Positions 25,428 through 37,900 of a stretch of DNA of 64,000 nucleotides are shown piece after piece. Made by a program: the position numbers and the translations under genes. How positions within the stretch are numbered: the stretch's first letter is position 1; the number at the start of each line of letters is the position of its first letter. A model generated the notes under the pieces. It did not search any database. It was not told where the DNA came from and was given only the letters and a program-made list of their open reading frames with translations. Source of the stretch: Narcine bancroftii (taxonomy: Eukaryota); contig NC_091471.1 in assembly GCF_036971445.1 (NCBI RefSeq), positions 261,330,001 through 261,394,000 of the forward strand, written 5' to 3'.

Positions 25428-25739
25428 TTCTTCCCTCACACTCCCCCATGTGTATCCCCCCCACTTCTCTCCCTTCACCTGTGTGCACGACCCCCTCTCT
25501 CTATCCATACATCTCTGTCTTGTCCATTTCTTCATCCATTGACTGGTTTACCCCCCCTTCTATCTATCTATTTCTCTCCTTCCCCCCGCCCCCCATCTGT
25601 GTGACCCATTTTTCTCCAATCGCTTCTTTCTCGGTGTGCGTGGGTGTCTTTCTCAGCCTTTCTATTTGTCTGTGTGACCCTTCCTTTCTCTGTATGCCAC
25701 TGACTACCTCTGGCACTCCTCTCTCTTTCCCTCACCCTG

Positions 25740-26100
25740 TTGCGTGTCCCTGTCTGCGAGGCTCCTTACCTGGTATTCTCCGGACTGGTTCTGGTTGCCG
25801 TGCCAGCAGTGTCTGTGCAGCCCCTGGTTCCTGTGCTGACAGTTGCAGTGGTGCTGAGGCTGCGCTCCGCTTCCCCGGCCCGGCCCCGCTGCGCCCAGAT
25901 CCCCCGCACGCTCCATGACTCCGCCGGCTGCGCACTGCAGCGCGCCCGGGACCTGCGCCACACTCGGGCTCCCACAGCCCAGGCTGCCGGTCTCATTGGC
26001 CGCCCGCACCAAAACAACTCGCATGACGTTACCTTTAAGCAACCCCCCCCCCCCCCCCCCACTCCTCCCTCCCTCCAAACCCACTCCAAAAATTAAAGGG
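25740..26100 (-). promoter_or_regulatory. CpG-rich promoter region of the SK gene
   Basis: High GC/CpG density in an otherwise CpG-depleted window. On the minus strand, upstream of the ATG: CCAAT (25995-25999), adjacent GC box GGGCGG (26000-26005), CRE-like TGACGTTA (26024-26031) and a G tract (26043-26060). Confidence 0.7.
25770..25916 (-). CDS. KCNN1: Probable first coding exon of the same SK channel gene (49 codons)
   Basis: ATG in good Kozak context (gtcATGG) at 25916. The open frame MERAGDLGAAGPGRGSGAQPQHHCNCQHRNQGLHRHCWHGNQNQSGEYQ ends at a strong donor CAG|GTAAGG (25770/25769) in phase 0, matching the phase-0 acceptor at 197. It lies in a CpG island. No transcript evidence is available. 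Confidence 0.65.
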
Positions 26101-27330
26101 GCCACTTGCTGACTGGAGCTCAACCAGACAGCCCTAACCTTAACCAGGAAAGCAATAAATGAAATGATCTCTTGATCACTTCAGGGTGTCATTTTTAACC
26201 CGCAATCCAATTATGTCATGGGCTCGCAACTCTGGGTTCACCTGGGTGACACCTCAAAACGAGCATTAATTTGCAAAGCCTCAGACTTGACCGGTCTGTT
26301 CTGGAGAAACTGAGTTGACTGAAACCCGGGAAGCACCTAAATCACCTAGGAACAAAGTCCGCTCATCTCCAGTGGCTGCATCCTATATCCTGCTCCAGGA
26401 TAGGGCAACGAGCGGGTGTCGAGAAACTGGAGAAGACGGGAGCCGCTCTGCGCCAGCGTCAAGAGGTGGGACAGTCTCCCAGATCCAGCAATGGAATCAG
26501 TTCAGCCACTACAAAACAGAGATGTCGCACTGATTCCCAGTTGAGAGGTTTCATTCCAATTGAAGGGATTGCTCCCTAGAACACCGCAATCGAGCGGGTT
26601 GTTTTGGAGAGCAATTCTCTCAGAGAAGGCAGACAGCGAAGACGAGTCCAACACCGTCTTTAGCCCACTGAGGAAAATAGTGCTTCAACAAGACCCCAAA
26701 GCGGGCACAGAATTCATGGTTAGCAATGTCCTGGATATTTCTGATGGTTGAACCGTACTGCAAGGCAACCCACTAACACGAACACGGGAAAATCCCCAGC
26801 CCTTGGTTGGTAAGCGAAGCAGGACCATCCAGGACGCTGTTAACAAGTGGGAGCCCATGTCCAGAGCACAAAGAAACCCAGGGTAAACGATGGACTTTAC
26901 CCATCCTGTCATCCCTTCAGTCATCTCCTGCCACGTTTATGGCACAATGTACTGTTCCCACACTGATCCCATCACAATTCCCAGAATCCATAGAAGAGTG
27001 GACAGTTTTTCTTTCGTCACTACTGTACCAATAAGTGGTAATTCTGCCTCGCCTGCAAGATAAAAGAATCTCAGGGACTCTGATAATAAATCTGAAATCT
27101 AACATGGAAGCAGTTCTTTCTTGGGTCTGAGGTTCGAACTAAAATCAATTCTTACCATCACACCACACTTTTCTCAAAGCCCAGAGATTCAGGTCATTAC
27201 ATTCTTTGCTGTAGCACTCTCCCCCTTTTAACTAAAGATGCATGTTATGTGACCACTAACTGCCTTATTAGAAACATTTTCTCCTTGTATATCTTCTAAA
27301 TGTTTCCTGATTTTGAACATTTTCATTATG

Positions 27331-27393
27331 CGGACTTGAAAGGCCAACATGGCCTGTTTCCGCTCCGTAAATGGTTATATGGTTATATGGTTA
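27331..27393 (+). mobile_element. Very short CR1 3'-terminal insertion
   Basis: ggccaacatggcctgtttccgctccgtaa followed by the 8-bp tail repeat (atggttat)n. Confidence 0.6.
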
Positions 27394-28559
27394 ATCTCCC
27401 TTAACTGCTATTCCAACAACTTGGCACCTTTTACAGAATTAAATGTTCCAATAATCTGTTATTAGAGTAAAAAGAACCATGACTGTCGAGCAAATGTTTG
27501 GGGAAACATGTTAAAGTGCACGCCAAAGTAAGAGATAGATCTTTAGGGAGGGAATTCCAGAGCTTAAGACTTTGGCAACTGAAGCCACAGAGATATCAGC
27601 GGGGAAGAGATTAAACTGGGTCTGCACAAGATGCCAGAAAAAGGGGAACACATGGTTCTTGAAGGATTGCAGGTTGAACTAGGTTACAGATATCGAGAAG
27701 AATGAGGCCCTAGAGGGCTTTGAAAAGAAGGTTGAGAACATTAAAATCAAAGCAATCTGTGATTATAAGCCAAGTCATTCAGTCAACCGGTGAAGTACTG
27801 TTTGATGGTATGAGTTAAGTGATAGACTGCAAGATCTGATGGCTCAACTTTATATAGAAAGGGAACCAGCTTGCTGTCTTTTCTCTGGAATATGGAGACC
27901 ATTGGAATAGTTATGCCCAGAGATAACAAAGGCATGGATGAGAATTACAACTCAAGATCAAGGTGTCATCCATGGACACTCTGATAATGAAAATAGGCAG
28001 ATGGTGCGGATTTAGGGTTGGCTGGATGAAATATAGCATTAAGATTGCAAGTTCCAATACCAGGGAGGGGAGTCAATGGCTAGGGAATAATTTTTAGTCA
28101 ATTACTTCTTTAAAAAATGCAGCTGGATGAAACTTCTGCTCATCTAGTCTTGGAAGTTTGACAATGTGGCAAATAAGATAGTGAGCTTTGAAGAGAGGTG
28201 TTATAGGTGAGAATTATTAGCACATCAAAAATTGTTTTGGGATCAGAGAAATGAAGGGACAGGAATAGATCCCTGCAGGACATTGGAAGGAAAGGCGGCA
28301 AACAAGACTAGAAACTACCTGCAAGTGATTGTCTGACTACGAATGGATGGACGAGAATGGGAGCAGGTGTGCGCTGTTCCAGCCGACAATGAAGGAGGGA
28401 ATGGTGCTCAAGGAGGATATTTAAATGTGGCAAGAATGCAGAGAACAGCCTCTGCATTGAGAGCAGAGCAGGCAAAGAATGAAAAAAGGTAACAAGTAAG
28501 TTTGGCATCATTTAATTATACTTATTTAAGTCTGGGAAAATAAGGCCTCTGCACCCCCC

Positions 28560-29546
28560 CCACCCCCCCTGCAACTGGATCCTTGATTTCCTCATCGGAA
28601 CACCACAGTCAGTATGAATCCAAACCACTTTTCCTCCTCACTGATGATTGACACAAGTGAACCTCAAGGATGTGTGCCCACTGCTCTACTTACTCCTCAC
28701 CCATGGCTGTGTGGCCAGGCACAATTCAAATGTCATCTACAAATTTGCTGATGGCACTAGTCATCGGCAGAATCACAGATGGCATCGTGGTTGTGTGCAG
28801 GAGGGAGAAAGATCAGCTAATTGAGAGGAGCCACAACAACAACCTTGGACTCAACGTTACCAAAACCAAGGAGATGATTGTAGACTTCAGGAAGGGGAAA
28901 TCAGGAGATCATGAACCAGTCCTCGTCAAGGGTTCAGCAGTGGAAAGGGTTCAAGTTACTGGGTGTCAACTTCTCTGAGGATCTGTCCTGGGGCCTTCAG
29001 GTTGATGGAATCACAAAGAACGCTCACCAGCGGCTATACTTCATGAGAAGTTTGAGAAGATTCGGTATGTCACCAAAGACTCTTGCAAATTTTTACCAGT
29101 GTATTGTGGAGAGCATTCTAACTGATTGCATCACTGTCTGGTATGGAGGTGCCAATGCACAGGACAAGAAAAAGCTACAAAGAGTTGTGAATTTGACCAG
29201 CCCCATTATAGACACCAGCCTCCACTTGATCAAGGACATCCTCAAGAGGCGGTGTCTTGAGAAAGCAATCTCTACTCTCAAGGCCCCTCATCACCCAGGC
29301 CATGTCATCTTCACGCTGTTACCATCAGGGACAAAGTACAGGAGCCTAAAGATGAACACCCAGCAGTGCAAAAACAGCTTCTTCCCCTCTGCCATCAGAT
29401 TTCTGATCGAAAAATGAACCACATGCACTTCCTCATTTACTCTTATTTTTGCAGTAATTTATTTATTTGAAAATGTCATTTTATAGCTATATTTTAACTG
29501 TGAATCTGCTGCAAAACAATGAATTTCGTGACATATTCATGATTCT
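28560..29546 (+). mobile_element. Rex1/Babar LINE fragment (second subfamily)
   Basis: FKLLGVNFSEDLSW, QRLYFMRSLRRFGMS, FYQCIVESILTDCITVWYG, HPGHVIFTLLPSG, NSFFPSAIR. Related 3' pieces at 47590-48205 and 54960-55395. Confidence 0.88.
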
Positions 29547-30589
29547 GAAATGAAGGCAATGAAGTGAAGACACATTCATTATATGACATGGTGAGCATTA
29601 CTGAAGCACGGTTGAAGAGTTGCCCTACATTGCTGATAACGTATGATTTGAGGGAATAAGGCGTTTAACAATATTGGCTCTGAAGATATTACACAGGTAG
29701 CTCAGAAACTAGCCATATAGCCCAACCAATTCAGATCATCATTTATGTTCTCCTCTTGTCTTTCCTCAACTAAATAAATTTGGATTGCTCTCCCTCATGG
29801 TTGTTCAGCCTCCCCTTAAATTTACCTATGGTTTGACCCTCTGTGATGGTGAATTCCACATCTCCATTATTTTATTTTGTGCAGGGAGGTTTCTTCTGAA
29901 TCCCCCATTGGATTTCATGTTGGCTCTTATTTTAATGATCACATCTCCGTATGTGAAAACATTCTGCCTTCATCCACTCGTTCAAAAGCCTCCATCATTT
30001 TAAAGACCTCCATTAGCTCCACCCTTAGACTTTGTTTCACTGTGAGTGGATTCCTGTCATTCCACGTGGGCACTTATTTGGATGTTTACTTCCACTTCCG
30101 CACCTCTTTCCAATGGGAGATGGCGTCGTGTACCTCTCCAAAAAAAATCTCAACTTATTTTGGAGACAGATGAGAAACTGCGAAGGCTAGAATCTGGAGC
30201 AATCTGCTGGAGGAATTCGATAGGAAGTTCTTACGTTGAAATTTTTATTTTCCTGCCATTGCCCATTCATATTTGCCTCCTAAGCAGCGTGGATTGCTTG
30301 ACCACTTCAAAGAGCAAAGAAAGTGAGCCTGAAGTCAAGTAAAAGCCAGGGCCTATAAGGATGCAGGTTTCTGTCCTGAAAGACAATACTATAGTAGTTG
30401 AATTTGTAACAACAATCCAGTATTTTCACGGTCATCATAATCAGCCTTGGTTTTTGGATCCCAAATGTACTTAATTACCTGAATCTGAATTCTTAGCTGC
30501 TATCATAGGATTTGAATTCATGTCATCAGGTCGCTCAGTTTGCCTCTCACTACTCTCACTATCCTTGTACACTATGGGTAGTTAGGAAA

Positions 30590-30930
30590 GAAATTGGTGA
30601 AGCCCTACCAGGGATATTTGCATCATCATTAGCCACACATGAGGTACCATAAGACTGGAGGCTGACAAATGTTGTGCCTTTATTTAGGAAGGTCTGCAAG
30701 AACAAGGTGGGGAACTACAAGACAGAGATCCCTATGGTGGCCATTTCCAAATTTCCAAAAAGGAGGATGTGGTCACAGTGTGTTTCAAAAGAAGATGAGA
30801 AGAATAGTGAATATATGAAGGAAATGGTAGAGGCAGGTTCAATTAACAAATTAAGATATTTAGATAAGCACGTGGATATGAAAGGTTTAGAAGGATATTA
30901 ACCAAATATAGGCAAATGTGACTAGCTCAA
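30590..30930 (+). mobile_element. Internally deleted CR1 remnant
   Basis: gactggaggctgacaaatgttgtgcctttattt (DWR.NVVPLF) fused to a CR1 3' region, truncated at the 216-bp duplicated segment. Confidence 0.6.
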
Positions 30931-32094
30931 GTACTTTTGTGTATTGCATTACAGTGACAATGTCTGCAGAGTTTACTGTTCAAACCCATTCACCTCTATT
31001 TAGTGCTGCTAGATCTCCAACACTGGCCTGGAATATCTAGGAGTTAAAAGTTAAGATAACAAGCAACAATACAAAGACAACTTCACAGTCACAATGAACA
31101 ATCATCAATCAGGAAAGATTCTTCTGATGAAGGGTAACAGGTCTGAAAGTTTCCTTACGGTAAAACTCAAACTATTAGACTCATAAAAACTCTAGAAAAT
31201 GGCTATAAACACATTGGATCTGTGTTTTCCACAGTCTCAGATATTCTCGCAATTGTTGCATTTTGTGAAGGACTGGGAAGACCTGCTTAAAATCTTGGTT
31301 TTGGAGAGCAATAAATCTTCCAACTAATTAAAACTATCTGAATGTGAATTCAATTACACATTGCTTCTTCAAAAATGACATCACTTGCCCTGAGCAGAAC
31401 TCAAATCCTACTCTGAGGAAGTTTGTGTATCAACATTTTGTTATAAGATGACCTTGGTCAAATTGACCCTGAGATAACGCAAAAAAAACCCATAAAAGTT
31501 CACTGGTTCATGTTAAACATGCCTTGTTAATGAAGATTTTAAAAGAAAAATTATTTTCAGGAACCAATTTCTTTATGTGGGAGCCTTCATTTATTGTTTT
31601 TTTTCTCGTGTGAGTGATTAGCGAGCTACCCGTGTTGGGCCCTGGCATGGTGTTACTGATGAACCATATCGATATTGGCATTAGCAGTGATTATTAAATC
31701 AGTCTTTGTGTCAGAATGTCAATAATTACATCATTTGGCAAGCAAATTACGCATGGTGCGCCACAGTATCTCCTGACTATAACACCTCAGCTGAATTTCA
31801 ACATGTTGGTACAATGAAGTGTAGCTAAAAAATATAGTGCCTAGAATGACTGAAAGAAAGGGCATGAAGAAGTCACTTGGTCATTTTTGCCTGAGAAAGA
31901 ATTACCTAATCAATCTCTTTTCCTGTCTCGTGTATTCTTCCTCCATCAAGTATCCATCTATCCATCCAATTTCCTAGAAATCATTAGCAATCAGACAGAG
32001 TACTCCATTCATTACAAACTGTTACCTGATGTAGCTAACTCTTGCACAGAAAGCTCCCACAACAGAATTAAGATGATAGGATAATAATTTAAAT

Positions 32095-32350
32095 GCTGCA
32101 TGTTGAGGAATAAATATTGGCCAGCGCAAAGGAGAAGAACCTCTCTCTCTTTAAATTAGGACCCTCTATTCCCTCTGAGAGGGTACTTAGGGCTTCAGTG
32201 CCCATCACTTCTAGAAAACACCTTGAAAAGCACAGCATTTTTGGTACTATATTTGGAAGTCCACCTGGGATACTGCAGTCAACTTTCCATTGGGGAATGT
32301 GAACCCATAGTCTTCTGACTGAACTAATAGAACTAACCTCAACCAAAACC
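32095..32350 (-). mobile_element. DeuSINE/SacSINE1-like ancient SINE
   Basis: gttgaggaataaatattggccag...gagaagaacctc...ctgagaggg...tgaacccatagtcttctgact resembles the recalled Deu-domain SINE consensus. Other copies at ~42520-42745 (-), ~53850-53960 plus ~54405-54450 (+) and ~58220-58330 (+). Confidence 0.6.
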
Positions 32351-32469
32351 AGTGCGTTAGCTTTCAGAACCAGTAAATGGGAAAACTTGCAATTTTTTGC
32401 CTCCAAACCCATTGGCCAAATTCAACATTCAATTGCGTTGGGATACTGGGGTTAACACTACACAGATAA

Positions 32470-32820
32470 GGTTTTTGGACTGCAGGCATGTAACAGCAAA
32501 ATCAACAAAATTTGCCATTACATGGGCAGCCTGAAAAGGAAAGTGCAGGAATTTTTAGGTCAATTCCTGCACCGTGATTTATCCTGCAGGACCCCTACTA
32601 CTTTTCGGGGGAAGCCTGCAGTCTAAATTGCACCGCAAAACTTGCCTCATGAATCCGATGTCCAGCTGATGACTCAGGCCACGCTGCTCCACGTAAAAAC
32701 ACCAGGACTAACGTGCGCAGGAACTTAAGGCATGCAGTGTAAACCACCACAAAGTGAGTAATTATGTTAATTTATGTTAAATTTTGCACATATCTTTCCA
32801 ACCTTGCAGTCTAAAATACA
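32470..32820. mobile_element. Non-autonomous PIF/Harbinger-like MITE, copy 1
   Basis: Terminal inverted repeats tttt(g)gactgca / tgcagtctaaaa, with internal small hairpins (gtgcaggaatt...aattcctgcac). A close copy lies at 47716-48058. Confidence 0.65.
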
Positions 32821-33644
32821 CTATGGGATCACAAAGCCATTCACAAAGGTGCAGAAGAAGCCCAGTAGGTCACACAGCATCTAGGGAAGAGAGATCAATG
32901 TTTCAGGCCTGACCCCAAATCTGCCGAGTTTCTCCAGCACTTTTGTGTATTGCATTACAATGACAGGGTCTGCAGAATTTACTGTTGAAACCCATTCACC
33001 TCTATTTAGTGCTGCTAGATCTCCAACACTGGCCTGGAATATCTAGGAGTTAAAAGTTAAGGTAACAAGCAACAATACAAAGACAACTTCACAGTCACAA
33101 TGAACAATCATCAATCAGGAAAGATTGTTCTGATGAAGGGTAACAGGTTTGAAACATTGGCTATTTCTCTTCTCTGCCTGACCTGCTGAGTTTCTTCAAT
33201 TTCTTTTTTGTTTCAGATTTCCAGCATCTGCAGTTTTATTTCTTTTCATTAAAACCCCTTTGTTACACTGCAAGTGAGGTTTGAGGAAAGAACATCAAAT
33301 TGGAACATTAATGCTCCTTCTTTCCTCAGGGGAGCAGGTCAAAACTTTGCTCTTATTTCAGATTTCCAGTATTCATTTTTGTGTGTTATGATAACAATTT
33401 TGAAATCACAATATTTCAACTCCATAGCTCACACATTGTTGGGATACATCAGTAAAATGGGCCATGTGGACATCTGAGAAGTTATAGGGAACACAAGACC
33501 AGGACTGAACAGTATCAAGAACATTCAGTAACTAAATGGGGGTTGTTGAAGCATTAGGGCAACTGATAGCATCTGAGTGGGTGATCTCCTGCTGCCGTAT
33601 TGTGTTGTGGAAGTGACTATCCACTTACATGATCATGTCTTTTA

Positions 33645-34978
33645 AATCTTCTTTTCTTTGGCTTGGCTTCGCGGACGAAGATTTATGGAGAGGTATGTCC
33701 ACGTCTGCTGCAGGCTCGTTGGTGGCTGACAAGTCCGATGCGAGACAGGCAGGCATGGTTGCAGAGGTTGCAAGGGAAAATTGGTGGGTTGGGGTTGGGT
33801 GTTGGGTTTTTCCTCCTTTGTCTTTTGTCAGTGAGGTGGGCTCTGCGGCCTTCTTCAAAGGAGGTTGCTGCCCTCCGAACTGTGAGGCGCCAAGATGCAT
33901 GGTTGGAGGTGGTATCAGCCCACTGGCAGTGGTCAATGTGGCAGGCACCAAGAGATTTCTTTAAGTAGTCCTTGTACCTCTTCTTTGGTGCACCTCTGTC
34001 TCGGTGGCCAGTGGAGAGCTCACCATAGAACACGATCTTGGGAAGGCGATGGTCCTCCATTCTGGAGACGTGACCCACCCAGCGCAGTTGGGTCTTCAGC
34101 AGCATGGATTCAATGCTTGCGGACTCTGCCAGCTCGAGTACATCGATGTTGGTGATGAAGTCATTCCAATGAATTTTGAGGATGGAGCGGAGACAGCACT
34201 GATGGAAGCGTTCTAGGAGCCGTAGGTGATGCCGGTAGAGGACCCATGATTCGGAGCCAAACAGGAGCGTGGGTATGACAACGGCTCTGTACACGCTGAT
34301 CTTTGTGTGTTTCTTCAGGTGGTTGTTTTTCCAGACACTTTTGTGTAGTCTTCCAAAGGCAATATTTGCCTTGGTGAGTCTGTTGTCTATCTCTTTGTCG
34401 ATCCTTGCATCAGATGAAATGGTGCAGCCGAGGTAGGTAAACTGGTTGACCATTTTGAGTTCAGTGTGCCCGATGGAGATGTGGGGGAGCTGGTGGTCAT
34501 GGTGGGGACCTGGCTGATGGAGGACCTCAGTTTTCTTCAGGCTGACTTCCAGGCCAAACATTTTGGCAGTTTCCGCAAAACAGGACGTCATGCGCTGGAG
34601 AGCTGGCTCTGAATGGGCAACTAAAGTGGCATCATCTGCAAAGAGTAGTTCACAGACAAGTTGCTCTTGTGTCTTGGTGTGAGCTTGCAGGCGCCTCAGA
34701 TTGAAGAGACTGCCATCCGTGCGGTACCGGATGTAAACAGTGTCTTCATTGTTGAGGTCTTTCATGGCTTGTTTCAGAATCATGCTGAAGAAGATAGTAA
34801 AGAGGGTTGGTGCGAGGACGCAGCCTTGCTTCACGCCGTTGTCAATGGAGAAGGGTTCAGAGAGCTCATTGCTGTATCTGACCCGACCTTGTTGGTTTTC
34901 GTGCAGTTGAATAACCATGTTGAGGAACTTGGGAGGGCATCCGAGGTGTCTAGTATTTGCCAAAGCCCTTTCCTGCTC
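33645..34978 (-). mobile_element. RTE (BovB-related) LINE, 5'-truncated, with an uninterrupted RT/C-terminal frame (33683-~34950)
   Basis: GVKQGCVLAPTLF, LLFADD, FTYLG, QLRWVGHVSRM..RLPK, C-terminal CxxC...H..C. 3' tail gcgaagccaagccaaagaaaagaaga. CpGs are retained, indicating a young copy. Confidence 0.93.
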
Positions 34979-37900
34979 AAAGGCCCGACCGTTGGCAGTC
35001 GAGCCCCGGGCCGGGAGCCATCAATAATGTCTCTTACATATACTTAGTAGAAATGCTGGCTTAACACAGACTAACATAATTCAAAGTGAGAGGACCAAAT
35101 GCGATCTGTGTTACACTCCATCCCTGGTTTGTGTAATATTTCTTGCATATCAGAAACTGTGCAAAATTCATTTTACAGTTTGCTCCTCAGAATTATCTGG
35201 GTTCTTCACAAGAGTCACTTTATTGGAATGAGCTGGCAGCCCCAGCAATCAATTTCAGCACAGTGAGCTCCAACTAATAATAATGAAAATAGTAATCGGG
35301 TGATCAGTTATTAGGTGAGATATAAAAGAAGAGGAACAAGAAGGAAAACACCCACGCACATCTTTAAATAATGCTCAAGGGGCTTTTGCATCATTCCATC
35401 ATAAACCTTCCCTTTTTCTCTTGTCTTCCCTTCTTTTTTTTTCCAAGTTAAAATTGGTTTATTTCTGGTGGGGATTTTTTTCTGTTCTGGTCACTGCACT
35501 GAAATGTGAACGCTGTTTGTCTCTAAGCATGTGCTGCCTAGGTTGCAGAGATGTTCCAACATTGTTCGTTTATCCACGCTACACTCCAAGCAAGGCAACT
35601 TAAAAACTGAAGAATTTTCAGTTTCATCCACAAAGGACCATTCTACTTCTCTTTCCATACTTGCTGCTTGACCAGCAGAGTGTTTCCAATGTTTTCTATT
35701 TTATTTTGGCCGAGAAACTGAAGGGGAATTGACTCGAAGGACAGGGGACATTGCAATGAGCCACAACAGACACCCAGCACAGCACAGCCAGGCCTATTGG
35801 CCTGGGTCAAGGACAATCCTGTAACAAAGACCATCAGAAACAAATGACTGGGGGAAAATAGAGAGGAAAAGAGGGATTTAATGGGAGATACAGGAAGAGG
35901 ATGGGAGGTGACATACAGTATATAAGTCAGAAGCACTAGCATGAAGCTGGTTTGATGTTCTGTGCGATGAAAGATTTTCTTTTGGTTTCCCTATGTAAAT
36001 AGGATCTGTCACTCATAGGTAATATCCCCACAACATCCTATTCTATTTGCGGTAAATCCTCTGGTATCCAACCCCTATTGGGATTGGTAGATGCTGGGTA
36101 AGTGTATTTGCCATTTGCTTGAGATTATGTGTTGTATGATTGATGAACTAACAGCAAGGTTTGCCAATTTTAAACTTTACCTATTTATTTTCTGCTTTTT
36201 TTTTGCCAGTTGCTTGAAGCTTCCAGTTGCTTAAATTCTGGATACCAGGTTTTTTTACTGTAGAGGGAAACAACGATTAAATAATATCTTCTTCCATCCC
36301 TTGAATGACCCCAAAATATTCATAGCTGAAGAATGGTTTCCTTAATGGGAGTCACATATGACAGCCAATCTTATGCAGAGTAAAATCCAACAAGCAGGAA
36401 ATGAAATGAGAGAGCACAAATCCAGAGGAAGTAGGTCAAGATAATTTGGCAAACATAAAAACCCTGAGAACGGGTTTGCATTGGGACTGAATGGGTTACT
36501 CCTCATTGCATTTAATTTGGAAAAAATAAGAGTATTTCATTAAGTAATGAGTTTCTTGATCCATTGAAAATGCTGGGTTTCCTAGCTATCTGTTTCTTGC
36601 ATTTAGTGTAATTGCTAACATAAAAATGAATAATTTATGGCTTTTTTTTAGCCTTGTTCTTAGCCATTGCCTCTGCAGTCGGCATGGACCCTGACTAAAG
36701 ATAGCTTCTGCATTCCATTGAGTTAAAGTCTCCTCCTCCACTCAGCCAGCTGAATTAAATTACATATTAAAGAAAATGTGTATTCGTCCAACAAAATGGA
36801 TTGAAAGTCTTGGCACTTTGGAATAATTTCTTTCTCCAGTTACTTGATACCGTTCAGCAGTGTAAACTATGAGATTTTTCTGAGTTTTAACTCTTTCAGA
36901 TTCAGCTGAAAAATAAACATGAACATTGTAGAGTACTTACTAACTCCATCAGCGGTGACCTGTGGATAGAGTGTTCTTCATCTACTAAACAAACTGCAAA
37001 AACGTCCAAAGGCTACTCCGATAATACCTTCCAAACCCACAGAAGAACAAGGGAAACAGGCGCAGAAATAACATCACTACTTGCATGTTTCCCCTCCACC
37101 CCATCATTCTAACCTGGAAATATAAATCCTGAAATTCCACCACCAGCAACGCTACTGAGAGCATCTCCATCACACCGACTGCAGCTTCCTCCTCGTCTTC
37201 TTGGGGGTCAACGCATTAGCGTTCTCATTTCACTCTCTGTGAGTACTTGGAAAGGAAATCAATGGGCAAACTTGGTACAAGAGATTCACGGCCTGAGAAA
37301 ACTGATGATCCAACCAAAAGATTGAATACAGCAATAATAGTCATACTGCGAAGGCTTAAGATAAGGCAGTAACGGGTGGGGAACTTTCATGACGTACACG
37401 ACTCACCAAGTGAATCAAAAGAAGGTGAATGACACTGCTGAATAAACTTGGTGTCGTTTGCCGGCCAAAATCAATAGGTAGGTATAGGAACCACAATGAT
37501 GAGCCTCTCTCTGTTAAATAGAATGTTGGTAGCTTACTGATCTAGTGGTGTCTGCTCATTTCAATAATTTCAGCGTGCAGCCGATTTCAACTATACTGCT
37601 CGTTACTTCATTATAAGGCTAGTATCATAAGTGGCTTGCACTTGTTTACTCCTCTTCGAGGAGAGCTGCATCGTAGCTGGTGCAGAGGCTGGCAGGCACC
37701 ATAAGGGAGAGAATGATCTGGGAAGCTACGAAGATGAGAACAGCTTGAACAACTAGGTCCACAGGGGGCTGAAGACAGGAAGGAGCAAAGGCATTAGCAG
37801 AAGGTCCTGCAGAGACGCACAGAGGGGATGGAGGGAAAAGGATGCATTGGCATGTCCTAATCCCCATGCAGGAGTGCTGAATAACATCGGGACATTCGTT

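Larger units (their letters stand above)
30933..33154 (+). repeat. 216-bp dispersed direct duplication (30933-31148 and 32939-33154)
   Basis: Ungapped alignment at offset 2006 with 8 mismatches counted by eye (~96% identity). Confidence 0.95.

Noticed and set aside
25352-26123. Multiple overlapping long ORFs at the CpG island
   Set aside because: Expected from high GC and low-complexity content. Only the minus-strand frame with the Kozak ATG and phase-0 donor was retained.
33683-34963. 426-aa RT ORF as a domesticated host gene
   Set aside because: It starts mid-RT after a frameshift at the 5' truncation and retains the RTE tail, consistent with a recent dead-on-arrival insertion.
35700-36060. 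Possible third solo LTR (TATATAA at ~35919)
   Set aside because: No confident TG...CA termini or TSD.
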